Positions 7,400-15,785 of a stretch of DNA of 17,242 nucleotides are shown here, piece after piece. Both the position numbers and the translations under genes were made by a program. The notes under the pieces are model-generated. The model searched no databases, was not told where the DNA came from, and worked only from the letters and a program-made list of their open reading frames with translations. Numbering within the stretch: the stretch's first letter is position 1; each line of letters opens with the position of its first letter. This DNA comes from Candidatus Micrarchaeota archaeon (lineage in GTDB: Archaea > Micrarchaeota > Micrarchaeia > Norongarragalinales > SBBD01): contig JAZDGU010000020.1 in assembly GCA_043806595.1 (NCBI GenBank), positions 1 through 17,242 on the forward strand, given 5' to 3'.

Positions 7400-10300
7400 A
7401 TGCCTTACGACCAGAAAGCAGTTGAAGCCGAAGTCCTCCGGTTCTGGGAGGACGGGAAGATCCCCCAGCGGCTCGCGGGCCAGCGCACGCGCGGCAAGAA
7501 GTTCTTCCTGCTCGACGGCCCGCCTTACGCCAACGCCCTGCCACACGTTGGCCATGTCAAGACCACGGCTTTCAAGGACATCTGGAGCAGGTTCATGCAG
7601 ATGGAAGGACACACGGCATACTTCCAGGCGGGGTTCGACTGCCACGGCCTGCCGACGGAGGTCATGGTAGAGAAGGAGCTCGGAATCAAGAGCAAGAAGG
7701 ACATCGAGGCCATTGGAATTGAAAAATTCGACGCCGCCTGCCTTGCCAAAGTCACAAACACCGAAAAGGCGTGGATGGAATACTACCGCCTGCTGGGCGC
7801 GTGGCGCTACTACGCCGAGCCTTACTTCACCTACCAGGACTATTACATCGAGAGCGGCTGGTGGACGGTCAAGCGCATGCATGAGAAGGGCCTGCTCGCG
7901 CCCGGGGAAAAGTCGGTCTACTGGTGCCCGCATTGCGAGACCTCGCTTTCGGGCTACGAGGTCAGTGACTCCTACAAGGACCTTGAGGATTCTAGCGTCT
8001 ACGTCAAATTCGCAATCAAGGGCGCGAAGGACGAATATCTTCTTGTCTGGACTACGACGCCGTGGACCCTGCCAAGCAACGCCGCCATCGTGATTTTGCC
8101 GGAGGAAATGTACGTCAAGGCAAAGGTCGGCGGCGAGCATTACTGGTTGGCTGAAAAACTGGCGGACGCGGTGCTGAAAGGCAAGGCCGGCAAGGACTAC
8201 GAAATCGTGAAGAAGGCCAAGGGCGCCGAGCTCGACGGCATGGAATACGAGCCTCTCCTCGACATCCCCGCGCAGAAGTCCCTCGGCCGGGGCGCAAGGC
8301 GAGTCTACCTCAGCATCCCGATCCTCACGAACAAGAAGTACAAGAAGCACAGCCTCAAGCACGCCAAGACGGAAGCGGAGAAGAAGTCGGACGAGGTCGC
8401 CGGCACGGTAGAGCGCGAGGAATACGAGGAGTTCGTGACCGTCACTGACGGAACGGGCCTGGTGCACTGCGCGCCCGGCCACGGCCAGACCGACCACTAC
8501 GTCGGCAAGTTCTATTCCATACCATTTGTTTCGCCGGTTGACGAGCAGGGCAGGTTCACCGACCAGGTGCCCGAGTGGAAGGGCCAGAGGGTCCGCGACG
8601 CCAACGACGCCATCGCCGCAAAGCTAAAGGCCGAGGGCAAGATGTTCTTCGGCGAGAAGATCGTGCACCGCGCGGCATTGTGCTGGCGCTGCAAGACGCC
8701 GCTCGTGTTCCGCGTAAGCCGCCAGTGGTACCTGAAAGTCGACCCGCTCAAGGAAACCATGCTGAAGGAGAACCAGAGGCACGTGCGCTGGATGCCTGAA
8801 TACGGCAAGGTCAAGTTCCACAACTGGCTCGTCGACCGCGAGGACTGGTGCATCAGCCAGCAGCGCTATTGGGGCATTCCGCTGCCGATTTGGGAGTGCG
8901 CGGACTGCGGGAAAATCGAGGTCATCGGCAGCAGGGACGAGCTCGAGGAGAAGTCCGTCGGAAAATTGGCTGCAGGGGATTTGAAGGACCTGCACCGTCA
9001 TGCCGTGGACGGCATAGAAATCGAGTGCGGCGGCTGCGGTTCGCCGGCAAAGCGAGTGAAGGACATCCTGAACGTGTGGTTCGACAGCGGCATAGCGCCC
9101 TGGGCATCCTTCGGCTATCCCTTCAAAAACAAGGAGCTCTTCGAAGGCCTGTTCCCCGCGGACCTCGTCTGCGAATCACAGGACCAGATCCGCGGATGGT
9201 TCGACTCGCTCATGTTCGCTTCCGTGGGCGCCTTCGGCAAGTCGTCCTACCAGGCCGTCGGGCTCATGGGCTGGGTGCTGGACGAGAAGGGCGACAAGAT
9301 GAGCAAGAGCCTCGGCAACGTCGTGCCCGCCAAGGAGGCCATCGCGAAGCTCTCGGCGGACGTCATCCGCATGTACTACTGTTACGAAATCGCGCCGTGG
9401 GAGGTGCAGAAGTTCTCGTTCAAGACAGCTGAAGAGGTCCGCAGGGCATTCGCCATCTTCTACAACAGCTACCTCTTCTGGCAGACCTATGCCGGTGGTC
9501 CATCCCCAACCGCAGGTTCCATGCAGGCACAACCCATCGCCGGCAAAACCGAACTGTCCGCCCTCAAGCTTGCACCGGAGGACGAGTGGATACTCAGCAG
9601 GCTCGCGACGACGGCTGCGAAGGTGCGGCAGAACTTCTCGTCCTTCGAGTTCCACCTCGCCGGACGCGCGCTCCTCAACTTCGCGGTCGAGGACCTCTCA
9701 CGGGCCTACATCAAGCTCATCCGGGACAGGGTTTCCACGGGCGCGCAGGCGGACTCCCATGCCGCCCTGGCGGTCCTCCGGCACTGCCTGGCGGAATTCT
9801 GCAAGCTCGTCGCCCCGATTTCGCCGTTCGTCTCCGAGTTCGTCTTCCAGCAGGTGAAAACGGAAGCCGCGGAGTCGGTCCACTACTGCGACTACCCTTC
9901 GCCCGACGCGTCGTTTCAGAACCCACGGCTGGAGGAGACGTTCTCCATGGCCCTGGCAATCACCGAGGCCGTCAATTCCGCGAGGCAGGAGGCCGCCTTG
10001 AAGAAGCGCTGGCCGCTTGCGGAAGTGGTAGTCGCCGGCGATGGCAGGGTAGCGGTCGAGGACCTGCAGGACGTGCTCTGCCGGCTTTGCAACGCGCAGA
10101 AGGTGTCCTTCGCGAAGTCGGAGCCGGAGGGCATGGTCTCCAAGGATTTCCGCGGGGGCAAGGCCTTCATCTCCAAGACGATGGACGAGTCTCTGCTGAA
10201 GGAGGCGTTCTTTCGGGAGTTCTCGAGGGCAATCCAGTCCGCGAGGAAGGCCGCGGGGCTCGTCGTGCACGACGGTATCGCCCTGTCGGTGCACGCCTCT

Positions 10301-10465
10301 CCGGAAGTCAAGCCGTTCCTCGAGGAGAGCGCCGAGAGGCTCAAGCGCGACGTCGGGGCGTCGAAAGTCGAGTTCGCTGAGAGTGACGCCGGCCTGAAGG
10401 GCGACGCGTCCGCCGAGGCCGAGCTCGAGGCGCTGAAGGCAAAGGCCAGGTTCTCGAAGACTTGA
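7400..10465 (+). CDS. ileS: Isoleucine--tRNA ligase (archaeal/eukaryote-like type)
   Basis: LDGPPYANALPHVGH (HIGH), GFDCHGLP, WTTTPWTLPSN, GTGLVHCAPGHG, DWCISQQRYWGIP, DQIRGWF, KMSKSLGN. Confidence 0.97.
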   Translation: MPYDQKAVEAEVLRFWEDGKIPQRLAGQRTRGKKFFLLDGPPYANALPHVGHVKTTAFKDIWSRFMQMEGHTAYFQAGFDCHGLPTEVMVEKELGIKSKKDIEAIGIEKFDAACLAKVTNTEKAWMEYYRLLGAWRYYAEPYFTYQDYYIESGWWTVKRMHEKGLLAPGEKSVYWCPHCETSLSGYEVSDSYKDLEDSSVYVKFAIKGAKDEYLLVWTTTPWTLPSNAAIVILPEEMYVKAKVGGEHYWLAEKLADAVLKGKAGKDYEIVKKAKGAELDGMEYEPLLDIPAQKSLGRGARRVYLSIPILTNKKYKKHSLKHAKTEAEKKSDEVAGTVEREEYEEFVTVTDGTGLVHCAPGHGQTDHYVGKFYSIPFVSPVDEQGRFTDQVPEWKGQRVRDANDAIAAKLKAEGKMFFGEKIVHRAALCWRCKTPLVFRVSRQWYLKVDPLKETMLKENQRHVRWMPEYGKVKFHNWLVDREDWCISQQRYWGIPLPIWECADCGKIEVIGSRDELEEKSVGKLAAGDLKDLHRHAVDGIEIECGGCGSPAKRVKDILNVWFDSGIAPWASFGYPFKNKELFEGLFPADLVCESQDQIRGWFDSLMFASVGAFGKSSYQAVGLMGWVLDEKGDKMSKSLGNVVPAKEAIAKLSADVIRMYYCYEIAPWEVQKFSFKTAEEVRRAFAIFYNSYLFWQTYAGGPSPTAGSMQAQPIAGKTELSALKLAPEDEWILSRLATTAAKVRQNFSSFEFHLAGRALLNFAVEDLSRAYIKLIRDRVSTGAQADSHAALAVLRHCLAEFCKLVAPISPFVSEFVFQQVKTEAAESVHYCDYPSPDASFQNPRLEETFSMALAITEAVNSARQEAALKKRWPLAEVVVAGDGRVAVEDLQDVLCRLCNAQKVSFAKSEPEGMVSKDFRGGKAFISKTMDESLLKEAFFREFSRAIQSARKAAGLVVHDGIALSVHASPEVKPFLEESAERLKRDVGASKVEFAESDAGLKGDASAEAELEALKAKARFSKT

Positions 10466-10483
10466 CCGGCATCGACGCCGGTC
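10464..10483. terminator. Short hairpin between convergent ileS and protease genes
   Basis: GACCGGC-ATCGAC-GCCGGTC fills nearly the whole 19-nt gap. No U-tract, so the terminator role is uncertain. Confidence 0.3.
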
Positions 10484-10484
10484 C

Positions 10485-11054
10485 TCATGCCATTCTGATA
10501 AACCCGAACATGAACGCGAACATGAGTCCGAACAGGAGCAGCGAGGCGATTCCCCACGCCTTGTAGCTCCACGACTGGACCTTCTCCCCGTCCAGCGGAT
10601 ATACGGGGATCATGTTGAAAGCGCCGAGGAAGGCGTTGACGTACGCGCCGGCGAAGCCAAGCTCTCTCAGCCCCGAGTTCGTCGCCGCAAGGAAGAGGAA
10701 CGCGAGCGCGAGGAAGAAGTTCATCATCGGGCCTGCGAGGGCGATCCTGCCGTTCTGCCCGCGCGTCAGGTGGGCGCCGTATATGACCACCGCGCCCGGC
10801 GCGGCGAACACGAATCCGCCTTGCGTGAACAGCGCCAGCGCCACCGCGAGCAGCAGCCCGAAAGTCCACGCGCGGTAGTACGCCGTCGCCCCGTACATCT
10901 GCGCCACGATCTTGTGCGACAGCTCGTGGAGGATGAATCCGAGGCCGAGCGTGAGCAGAACTAACCAGAAGTTGGCGTTGAAGAGCGAGAACGCGATGGA
11001 TATGGTTATCACGGACACGACTATGTGGAGGATTTCCATCCAGTGGAACTGCAT
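10485..11054 (-). CDS. Site-2 protease family (peptidase M50) intramembrane metalloprotease
   Basis: HELSH zinc motif, IALAGPMMN, FNMIPVYPLDG (NxxPxxxLDG), multiple TM segments. Confidence 0.93.
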   Translation of the reverse strand: MQFHWMEILHIVVSVITISIAFSLFNANFWLVLLTLGLGFILHELSHKIVAQMYGATAYYRAWTFGLLLAVALALFTQGGFVFAAPGAVVIYGAHLTRGQNGRIALAGPMMNFFLALAFLFLAATNSGLRELGFAGAYVNAFLGAFNMIPVYPLDGEKVQSWSYKAWGIASLLLFGLMFAFMFGFIRMA

Positions 11055-11459
11055 CTACATCTCACTTTCCGTGAGGCGGATCTGAGCGGGCGAGAACGTG
11101 CCGGCGTACGAGGTTACCACGCCCTCGCCGGTGCGGTGGTTCGCGAGCCTGACCCTGATTTTCTGCCCGACGCGACCGTTCTCGAGCGCGGTGACGAAGT
11201 ACGAGCTGACAATCGCCTGCAGGATGTCTCCGCTGTGGGAGTGGCGCATGACATTCGCCGCGAGCTGGTCGCCCTTCCGCACGCCGCGGATGTATGGCAG
11301 GAGGTATGAAGCGACGATAGCGATCCCGAGGTCGAAGGCGATGAGCTTCCAGAACGAGTCGATGGCCGTGCCCGGCACGCCGGCGACGGAGAGCCCGTAC
11401 CCCAACAGGGAAACCGCGAGCAGGATGACGAATGCCTGGAAGAATATCTTGAGGTTCAT
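11055..11459 (-). CDS. Two-TM membrane protein with C-terminal FlgA-like beta domain
   Basis: Two hydrophobic helices, then GVRKGDQL...TALENGRVGQKIRVRL...GEGVV. ATG 11459 is preceded by GGGGTG (the track start GTG 11468 lies in this SD). Stop abuts the protease ATG (TAGATG). Confidence 0.75.
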   Translation of the reverse strand: MNLKIFFQAFVILLAVSLLGYGLSVAGVPGTAIDSFWKLIAFDLGIAIVASYLLPYIRGVRKGDQLAANVMRHSHSGDILQAIVSSYFVTALENGRVGQKIRVRLANHRTGEGVVTSYAGTFSPAQIRLTESEM

Positions 11460-11505
11460 CTGCTGCACCCCTTGTGTTGAATGTTTGGGCCTGCGGGCGT
11501 ATTTA

Positions 11506-12822
11506 TTACTTCGTTTTATCTTCGGCCCGGCGCCCCATTCTCGGACGGATTTCCGTGACGCCGTTCATGTACGGCACGAGGGCGTCCGGGATTCTCACCG
11601 AGCCGTCCTCCTGCTGGAAGTTCTCCAGAATCGCGACCATCGCGCGCGGGTTCGCGACTGCAGTGCTGTTGAGCGTGTGCACGAGCTCCTTCTCGTCGAA
11701 CCTGCGCGCCTTGCGGTAGCGGATGCCCAGCCGGGCGGCCTGGTAGGAAGTGCAGTTGCTGCAGCTGACGGCCTCGCGGTACACTCCTTGCGCCGGCATC
11801 CACGCCTCGAGGTCGTACTTCTTGGCCGCGACGGTGCCGATGTCGCCGGTGCAGATGTTGACGACCCGGTAGGGTATGCCGAGGCGCCGGAAGACTTCCT
11901 CGGCGTTGGCAATCAGCTCCTCGTGGATCTTCCACGAGTCCTCGGGCCTGCAGAAGACGAACTGCTCGACTTTCGTGAACTGGTGCACGCGGAATATGCC
12001 CTTCGTGTCCTTGCCGTGCGCGCCCGCCTCCTTCCTGAAGCAAGTGCTCACTCCCGCGTACCTGACCGGAAGCGCGTCCTCCTCGAATATCTCGCCCATG
12101 TGCATCGCGGCCAACGGGTGTTCCGAGGTCGCTATGAGGTACAGGTCCTCGCCCTCTATCTTGTACATGACGTCCTCGAAGTCCTTGAGGTCGGTGACGC
12201 CCTCGTACGGCTTGCGGTGCATGAAGAACGGAGGGTAGACCGGCGTGAAGCCCTTTCCGCAAAGAATGTCGAGCGCGAACCTCTGGATCGCGAGGTCGAG
12301 CAGCACCAACTCGTTCTTCAGGTAATAGAAGCGCGCCCCGGCGACGTTCGCCGCGCGCCCGAGGTCGGCGACGTCAAGCAGCTGCAGGAGGTCGACGTGG
12401 CTTTTGACGGGAAATGCGGGCTTGTTGGCCTCGCCCCACGTGCGCACGACGACGTTGCCTTCCTCCCCAACGCCCTGGGGGACGCTCTCGTGCAGGATGT
12501 TCGGGAGGCGCATGAGGTGGAAGTCCTCCTTGTGGCGGAGGGCCTCCATGCGGGCCTCGAGGTCCGCGATTTTGTCCGGGATTTCGGCGGCTTCGCGTAT
12601 GGCCGCGGAGGCGTCCCGTCCGGCCTTCTTGAGCTCGTTGACCTTGCGCGACGCCTTGTTGCGCTCAGCGCGGAGGCCCTCGGCCCTTTCCTTGACCTGG
12701 CGCCATTCCTTGTCCACGGCGATGAGGTCCTCGAGCATGCGGAGCTTCTCCGCGTCGCCCCTCTTGCGGAGGTCGTTCCTCACGGCCTCCGGGTTTTCGC
12801 GGATGAGCCTGATTTCCAGCAT
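11506..12822 (-). CDS. serS: Serine--tRNA ligase (canonical type)
   Basis: MLEIRLIRENPE start, N-terminal coiled coil, YLIATSEHPL, FRKEAGAHGKDTKGIFRVHQFTKVE, KKYDLEAW, HTLNSTAVANPR. ATG 12822 preferred over GTG 12846. Confidence 0.97.
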   Translation of the reverse strand: MLEIRLIRENPEAVRNDLRKRGDAEKLRMLEDLIAVDKEWRQVKERAEGLRAERNKASRKVNELKKAGRDASAAIREAAEIPDKIADLEARMEALRHKEDFHLMRLPNILHESVPQGVGEEGNVVVRTWGEANKPAFPVKSHVDLLQLLDVADLGRAANVAGARFYYLKNELVLLDLAIQRFALDILCGKGFTPVYPPFFMHRKPYEGVTDLKDFEDVMYKIEGEDLYLIATSEHPLAAMHMGEIFEEDALPVRYAGVSTCFRKEAGAHGKDTKGIFRVHQFTKVEQFVFCRPEDSWKIHEELIANAEEVFRRLGIPYRVVNICTGDIGTVAAKKYDLEAWMPAQGVYREAVSCSNCTSYQAARLGIRYRKARRFDEKELVHTLNSTAVANPRAMVAILENFQQEDGSVRIPDALVPYMNGVTEIRPRMGRRAEDKTK

Positions 12823-12850
12823 TTGCGTTCGACCCCGATTCTTCACTCCT

Positions 12851-12884
12851 CGAAATATTTATAACCAGCCGGCATTTAATAAAA
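12851..12884. promoter_or_regulatory. Divergent serS/lrp promoter region
   Basis: Plus strand CGAAATA-TTTATAA (12851-12864), about 24 nt before the lrp ATG. Minus strand TTATAAAT and TTTTATTAAAT are TATA candidates for serS. Confidence 0.6.
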
Positions 12885-12887
12885 CGC

Positions 12888-13376
12888 ATGCAAGACGCCC
12901 CAGAGGGAAGGACTGCCAAGGCAAAGCCCTATGAGCCCGACGACCTGGACGGGAGGATCATTGCGGAGCTCTCGAGCAGCGCGAGGGACTCCTTCCGCGA
13001 GATCGCCAAGCGCCTGAAGGTCTCGACCTCTACGGTGATCCAGCGCGTCCGCAATTTGGAGAAGATCGGCGTCATCCGGGGCTATTCCGCGGACCTGGAC
13101 TATTCGCATCTCGGGTACGAGTTCATGGGCATCATCGAGATCACCATCACGAAGGGCGCCCTGCTGGAGGTCCAGAGGAAGATCGCCCAGCTGCACGGCG
13201 TCGTCGCGGTCTACGACGTGACTGGCCTGAGCGACTCCATGGTGCTCGTCCGCACGAGGAACCGAAGCGATTTCAGCAGGCTCGTGAAGAACATCCTCGC
13301 GATGGAGCAGGTCGAGCACAGCAACACCCACGTGATACTGAACGTGATCAAGGAGGACTACCGCCAATATGTGTGA
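12888..13376 (+). CDS. Lrp/AsnC family transcriptional regulator
   Basis: DDLDGRIIAELSSSARDSFREIAKRLKVSTSTVIQRVRNLEKIGVIRGY HTH and VYDVTGLSD in the RAM domain. Confidence 0.95.
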   Translation: MQDAPEGRTAKAKPYEPDDLDGRIIAELSSSARDSFREIAKRLKVSTSTVIQRVRNLEKIGVIRGYSADLDYSHLGYEFMGIIEITITKGALLEVQRKIAQLHGVVAVYDVTGLSDSMVLVRTRNRSDFSRLVKNILAMEQVEHSNTHVILNVIKEDYRQYV

Positions 13377-13385
13377 ACCCAACAA

Positions 13386-15761
13386 ATGAACCGCATCCCC
13401 CGCGCCGTCCTGTTCCTCGCCGCGTTCGCCCTCCCGCTTTCCGCCGCCGGAGGCACGATTACCTACCTCGGCTTCAGCCTCTCCAATTCCGAGGCCCACG
13501 CCACCAACATAGTCTCGTTCAACTTCAAGGCCGCGGTCGCGAACAACATAAGCTACGTGCAGGTGCAGTTCCCGGCTGGCTTCGCCGTGTCCGGGGCTTC
13601 GCTGGGCACGGTCAGCGGGCTCACGAACGTCATGCTTTCGCTGACGGTCCTCGGGCAGTCGCTTTTCGTGAACATGTCCCCGTTCTGCCTCCTCGACCCC
13701 GCGACCGACGTGCACATAGACTTCACGGGCGTCGTGAACCCGAGCCTCGCCCAGGGCTACCATCTGTACGTGTGGACGGGCAACGCTTCAGAGGTCATGG
13801 ACTCGGGCCAGACCCCGATTACCGCGGTGACCGAGGGCCCCATCTTCAACGTGTCGATTTCCCCGACTTCCGCATCCGGCCTCGCCGGCTCGAACTTCTC
13901 ATTCACGGCGACCGCTATGGACGCCTACGGCAACGTGAACAACTCGGGCTCGTTCGGCTGGTACAGCTCTAACACCACTGTCTCGGTCTGCATCACCTGC
14001 CCGGCGAACAACGCCTCGTTTTCCTCAATTTTCTCCGCGCTCACACCGGGCACCGCACTGGCATTCGCGGTCAGCCACCGCGATGCGTCGAAATCCTCGA
14101 GCGCCCCGATTGCGGTCACCGTCGATACGACGCCCCCTGCAGTCACAGTCTCCTCGCCGCTCAACGGCTCGGTACAGCCGGCGAGCGTGCCCTTCAACTT
14201 CACCTCCAACGAGGCCATGACCTGGGTCCAGCTGAACGTCTCCAAGGACGCGGCGCTCGTGGCGTCGTACACCGGTACCCCCGGGGCATCCTCGTATTCC
14301 GTGATCGCCAACCTTGCCGGCAACGCGAGCGGCAACTACACCTACCGTTTTATCGCCCGCGACTCCTTCAACAACCTTGCCTCCGTTGCAGGCTGGTTCG
14401 TCCTCGACACGCTCGCACCAGTAATCAATAACGCTTCCGTCGCCCTGCACAAGCCGGACAGCCTGTCGAACGCCTCGTCGGTCGCGGGCTTCCACGGCAC
14501 GTACTTCTTCATATACGCGAACATCACCGAGGCCAACCCGTCGCCCCCCAATTTCCTGGCATTGATTCTTTATTCCAACGGGACGCCGGCGGCCAACGTC
14601 TCCTCTCCCGCGCTCGTAAACGGCCTCTACCGATGGATTTGGGAGACCTCCCTTGCCACCCCCGCCGACATGTATTCCGTGTCATTCCAGCTCAGGGACG
14701 GCGCCGGCAATTTGCTCTCCTCTCCGGGGCCGGTGCAGCTCCGCTTGAATGTCACCGGCGACACGCCTTCCCTCACCGCGATCGCGACCACGACCACGCC
14801 CTGCGACGGCGAAACCATCGAGCTTTACGGCACGGCCGCAGCCGGCTCGGTTTCCCTCGTCGGCTGGCCGGTCTCCTTCGAGGGCAAGGCTTCGGGCACG
14901 ACGACAGTTGACGCCGCCTCGGTCTACTCCAAGTTCCTCACCTTCTCGGGCTGGGGTTCGGGCTCGGTCACCGTACGGCTGCAGTATACCGCCGTCTCGG
15001 CGGTCCTCGAAGTATCCGTCCAGACGTGCTCCAACACCCCGTCGCCCACCCTCCCTCCGGTTCTGCCCACCCTAACCCCGACGCCGACGGTCTCCCCAAC
15101 CCCCACTCCGACGCCCGCCCCGACGCCGACTCCGGGAATCCTCGTGTTGACGCGCGAGCTGGACGAGAGTTCCTCGCTGACCGCGATCATCGGCCAGACT
15201 TCGACGGACTTCCAGCTCTCATTCAAGGCCAACGCTTCAGGTTTCAACGGCAGCATCGCGTTCGAGCTGCCCTTCGACTACGCGGATTATACCTCGGGCA
15301 AGCTGCTCTTCAGCCCCGCGCCCTCTTCCACCAGCAGCGGCAGCGTAATCGCCGTATGGACGGTCTCCCTCGCGGCATCCGAGGAGTTCAAGGCGACCGC
15401 GACCTATGGCGCGCAGGTGCTGCCCTCGCTTATCGACATGTTCGAGCCGCCGGTAACCGAAGCGTCCGGCAGGCTCCCGCCCGCGATGCCGACCGCGGAA
15501 CCGGCCGGCACGGGCCTCGGGGGCTTCGCGAAGTCGCAGGGCCTCAACCTCCTTCTCCTCATCGTCGTAATCATCGGCGTGTTCGTGGGAATATCCTTCT
15601 ACGCCAAACTCAAGGCCCAACCGGCCTCGCCCTCGAATGCGAGCAAGGACCAGCCGCCCAAGCCCGTGCAGCCGGCGGCGCCTCCTGCCCAGCAGTCCTC
15701 GGGCTTCAAGCCCTTGAACGTCAACATCGGCTTGTGGAAGAAGGACGAGGAGAAGAAGTGA
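13386..15761 (+). CDS. Secreted, C-terminally anchored surface glycoprotein with Ig-like domains
   Basis: Signal peptide MNRIPRAVLFLAAFALPLSA, DTTPP/DTLAP and D(A/G)xGN Ig-like motifs, about 21 N-x-S/T sequons counted by eye, Pro/Thr linker, TM LLLLIVVIIGVFVGISFY, Pro-rich tail. Confidence 0.85.
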   Translation: MNRIPRAVLFLAAFALPLSAAGGTITYLGFSLSNSEAHATNIVSFNFKAAVANNISYVQVQFPAGFAVSGASLGTVSGLTNVMLSLTVLGQSLFVNMSPFCLLDPATDVHIDFTGVVNPSLAQGYHLYVWTGNASEVMDSGQTPITAVTEGPIFNVSISPTSASGLAGSNFSFTATAMDAYGNVNNSGSFGWYSSNTTVSVCITCPANNASFSSIFSALTPGTALAFAVSHRDASKSSSAPIAVTVDTTPPAVTVSSPLNGSVQPASVPFNFTSNEAMTWVQLNVSKDAALVASYTGTPGASSYSVIANLAGNASGNYTYRFIARDSFNNLASVAGWFVLDTLAPVINNASVALHKPDSLSNASSVAGFHGTYFFIYANITEANPSPPNFLALILYSNGTPAANVSSPALVNGLYRWIWETSLATPADMYSVSFQLRDGAGNLLSSPGPVQLRLNVTGDTPSLTAIATTTTPCDGETIELYGTAAAGSVSLVGWPVSFEGKASGTTTVDAASVYSKFLTFSGWGSGSVTVRLQYTAVSAVLEVSVQTCSNTPSPTLPPVLPTLTPTPTVSPTPTPTPAPTPTPGILVLTRELDESSSLTAIIGQTSTDFQLSFKANASGFNGSIAFELPFDYADYTSGKLLFSPAPSSTSSGSVIAVWTVSLAASEEFKATATYGAQVLPSLIDMFEPPVTEASGRLPPAMPTAEPAGTGLGGFAKSQGLNLLLLIVVIIGVFVGISFYAKLKAQPASPSNASKDQPPKPVQPAAPPAQQSSGFKPLNVNIGLWKKDEEKK
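15036..15134 (+). repeat. Pro/Thr-rich low-complexity linker
   Basis: TPSPTLPPVLPTLTPTPTVSPTPTPTPAPTPTP with varied synonymous codons. Confidence 0.85.
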
Positions 15762-15785
15762 CTGCACCCTCAATCCGCTTTGTCC

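Noticed and set aside
9490..9550. Gly/Pro-rich segment in IleRS (AGGPSPTAGSMQAQPIAGK) with more A/T-ending codons
   Set aside because: It falls in a loop of the anticodon-binding region that varies in length, with no repeat or element ends visible.
11098..12864. 588-aa ORF antisense to serS
   Set aside because: It is codon-aligned with serS on the opposite strand, the expected shadow ORF in high-GC3 DNA, and has no recognisable motifs.
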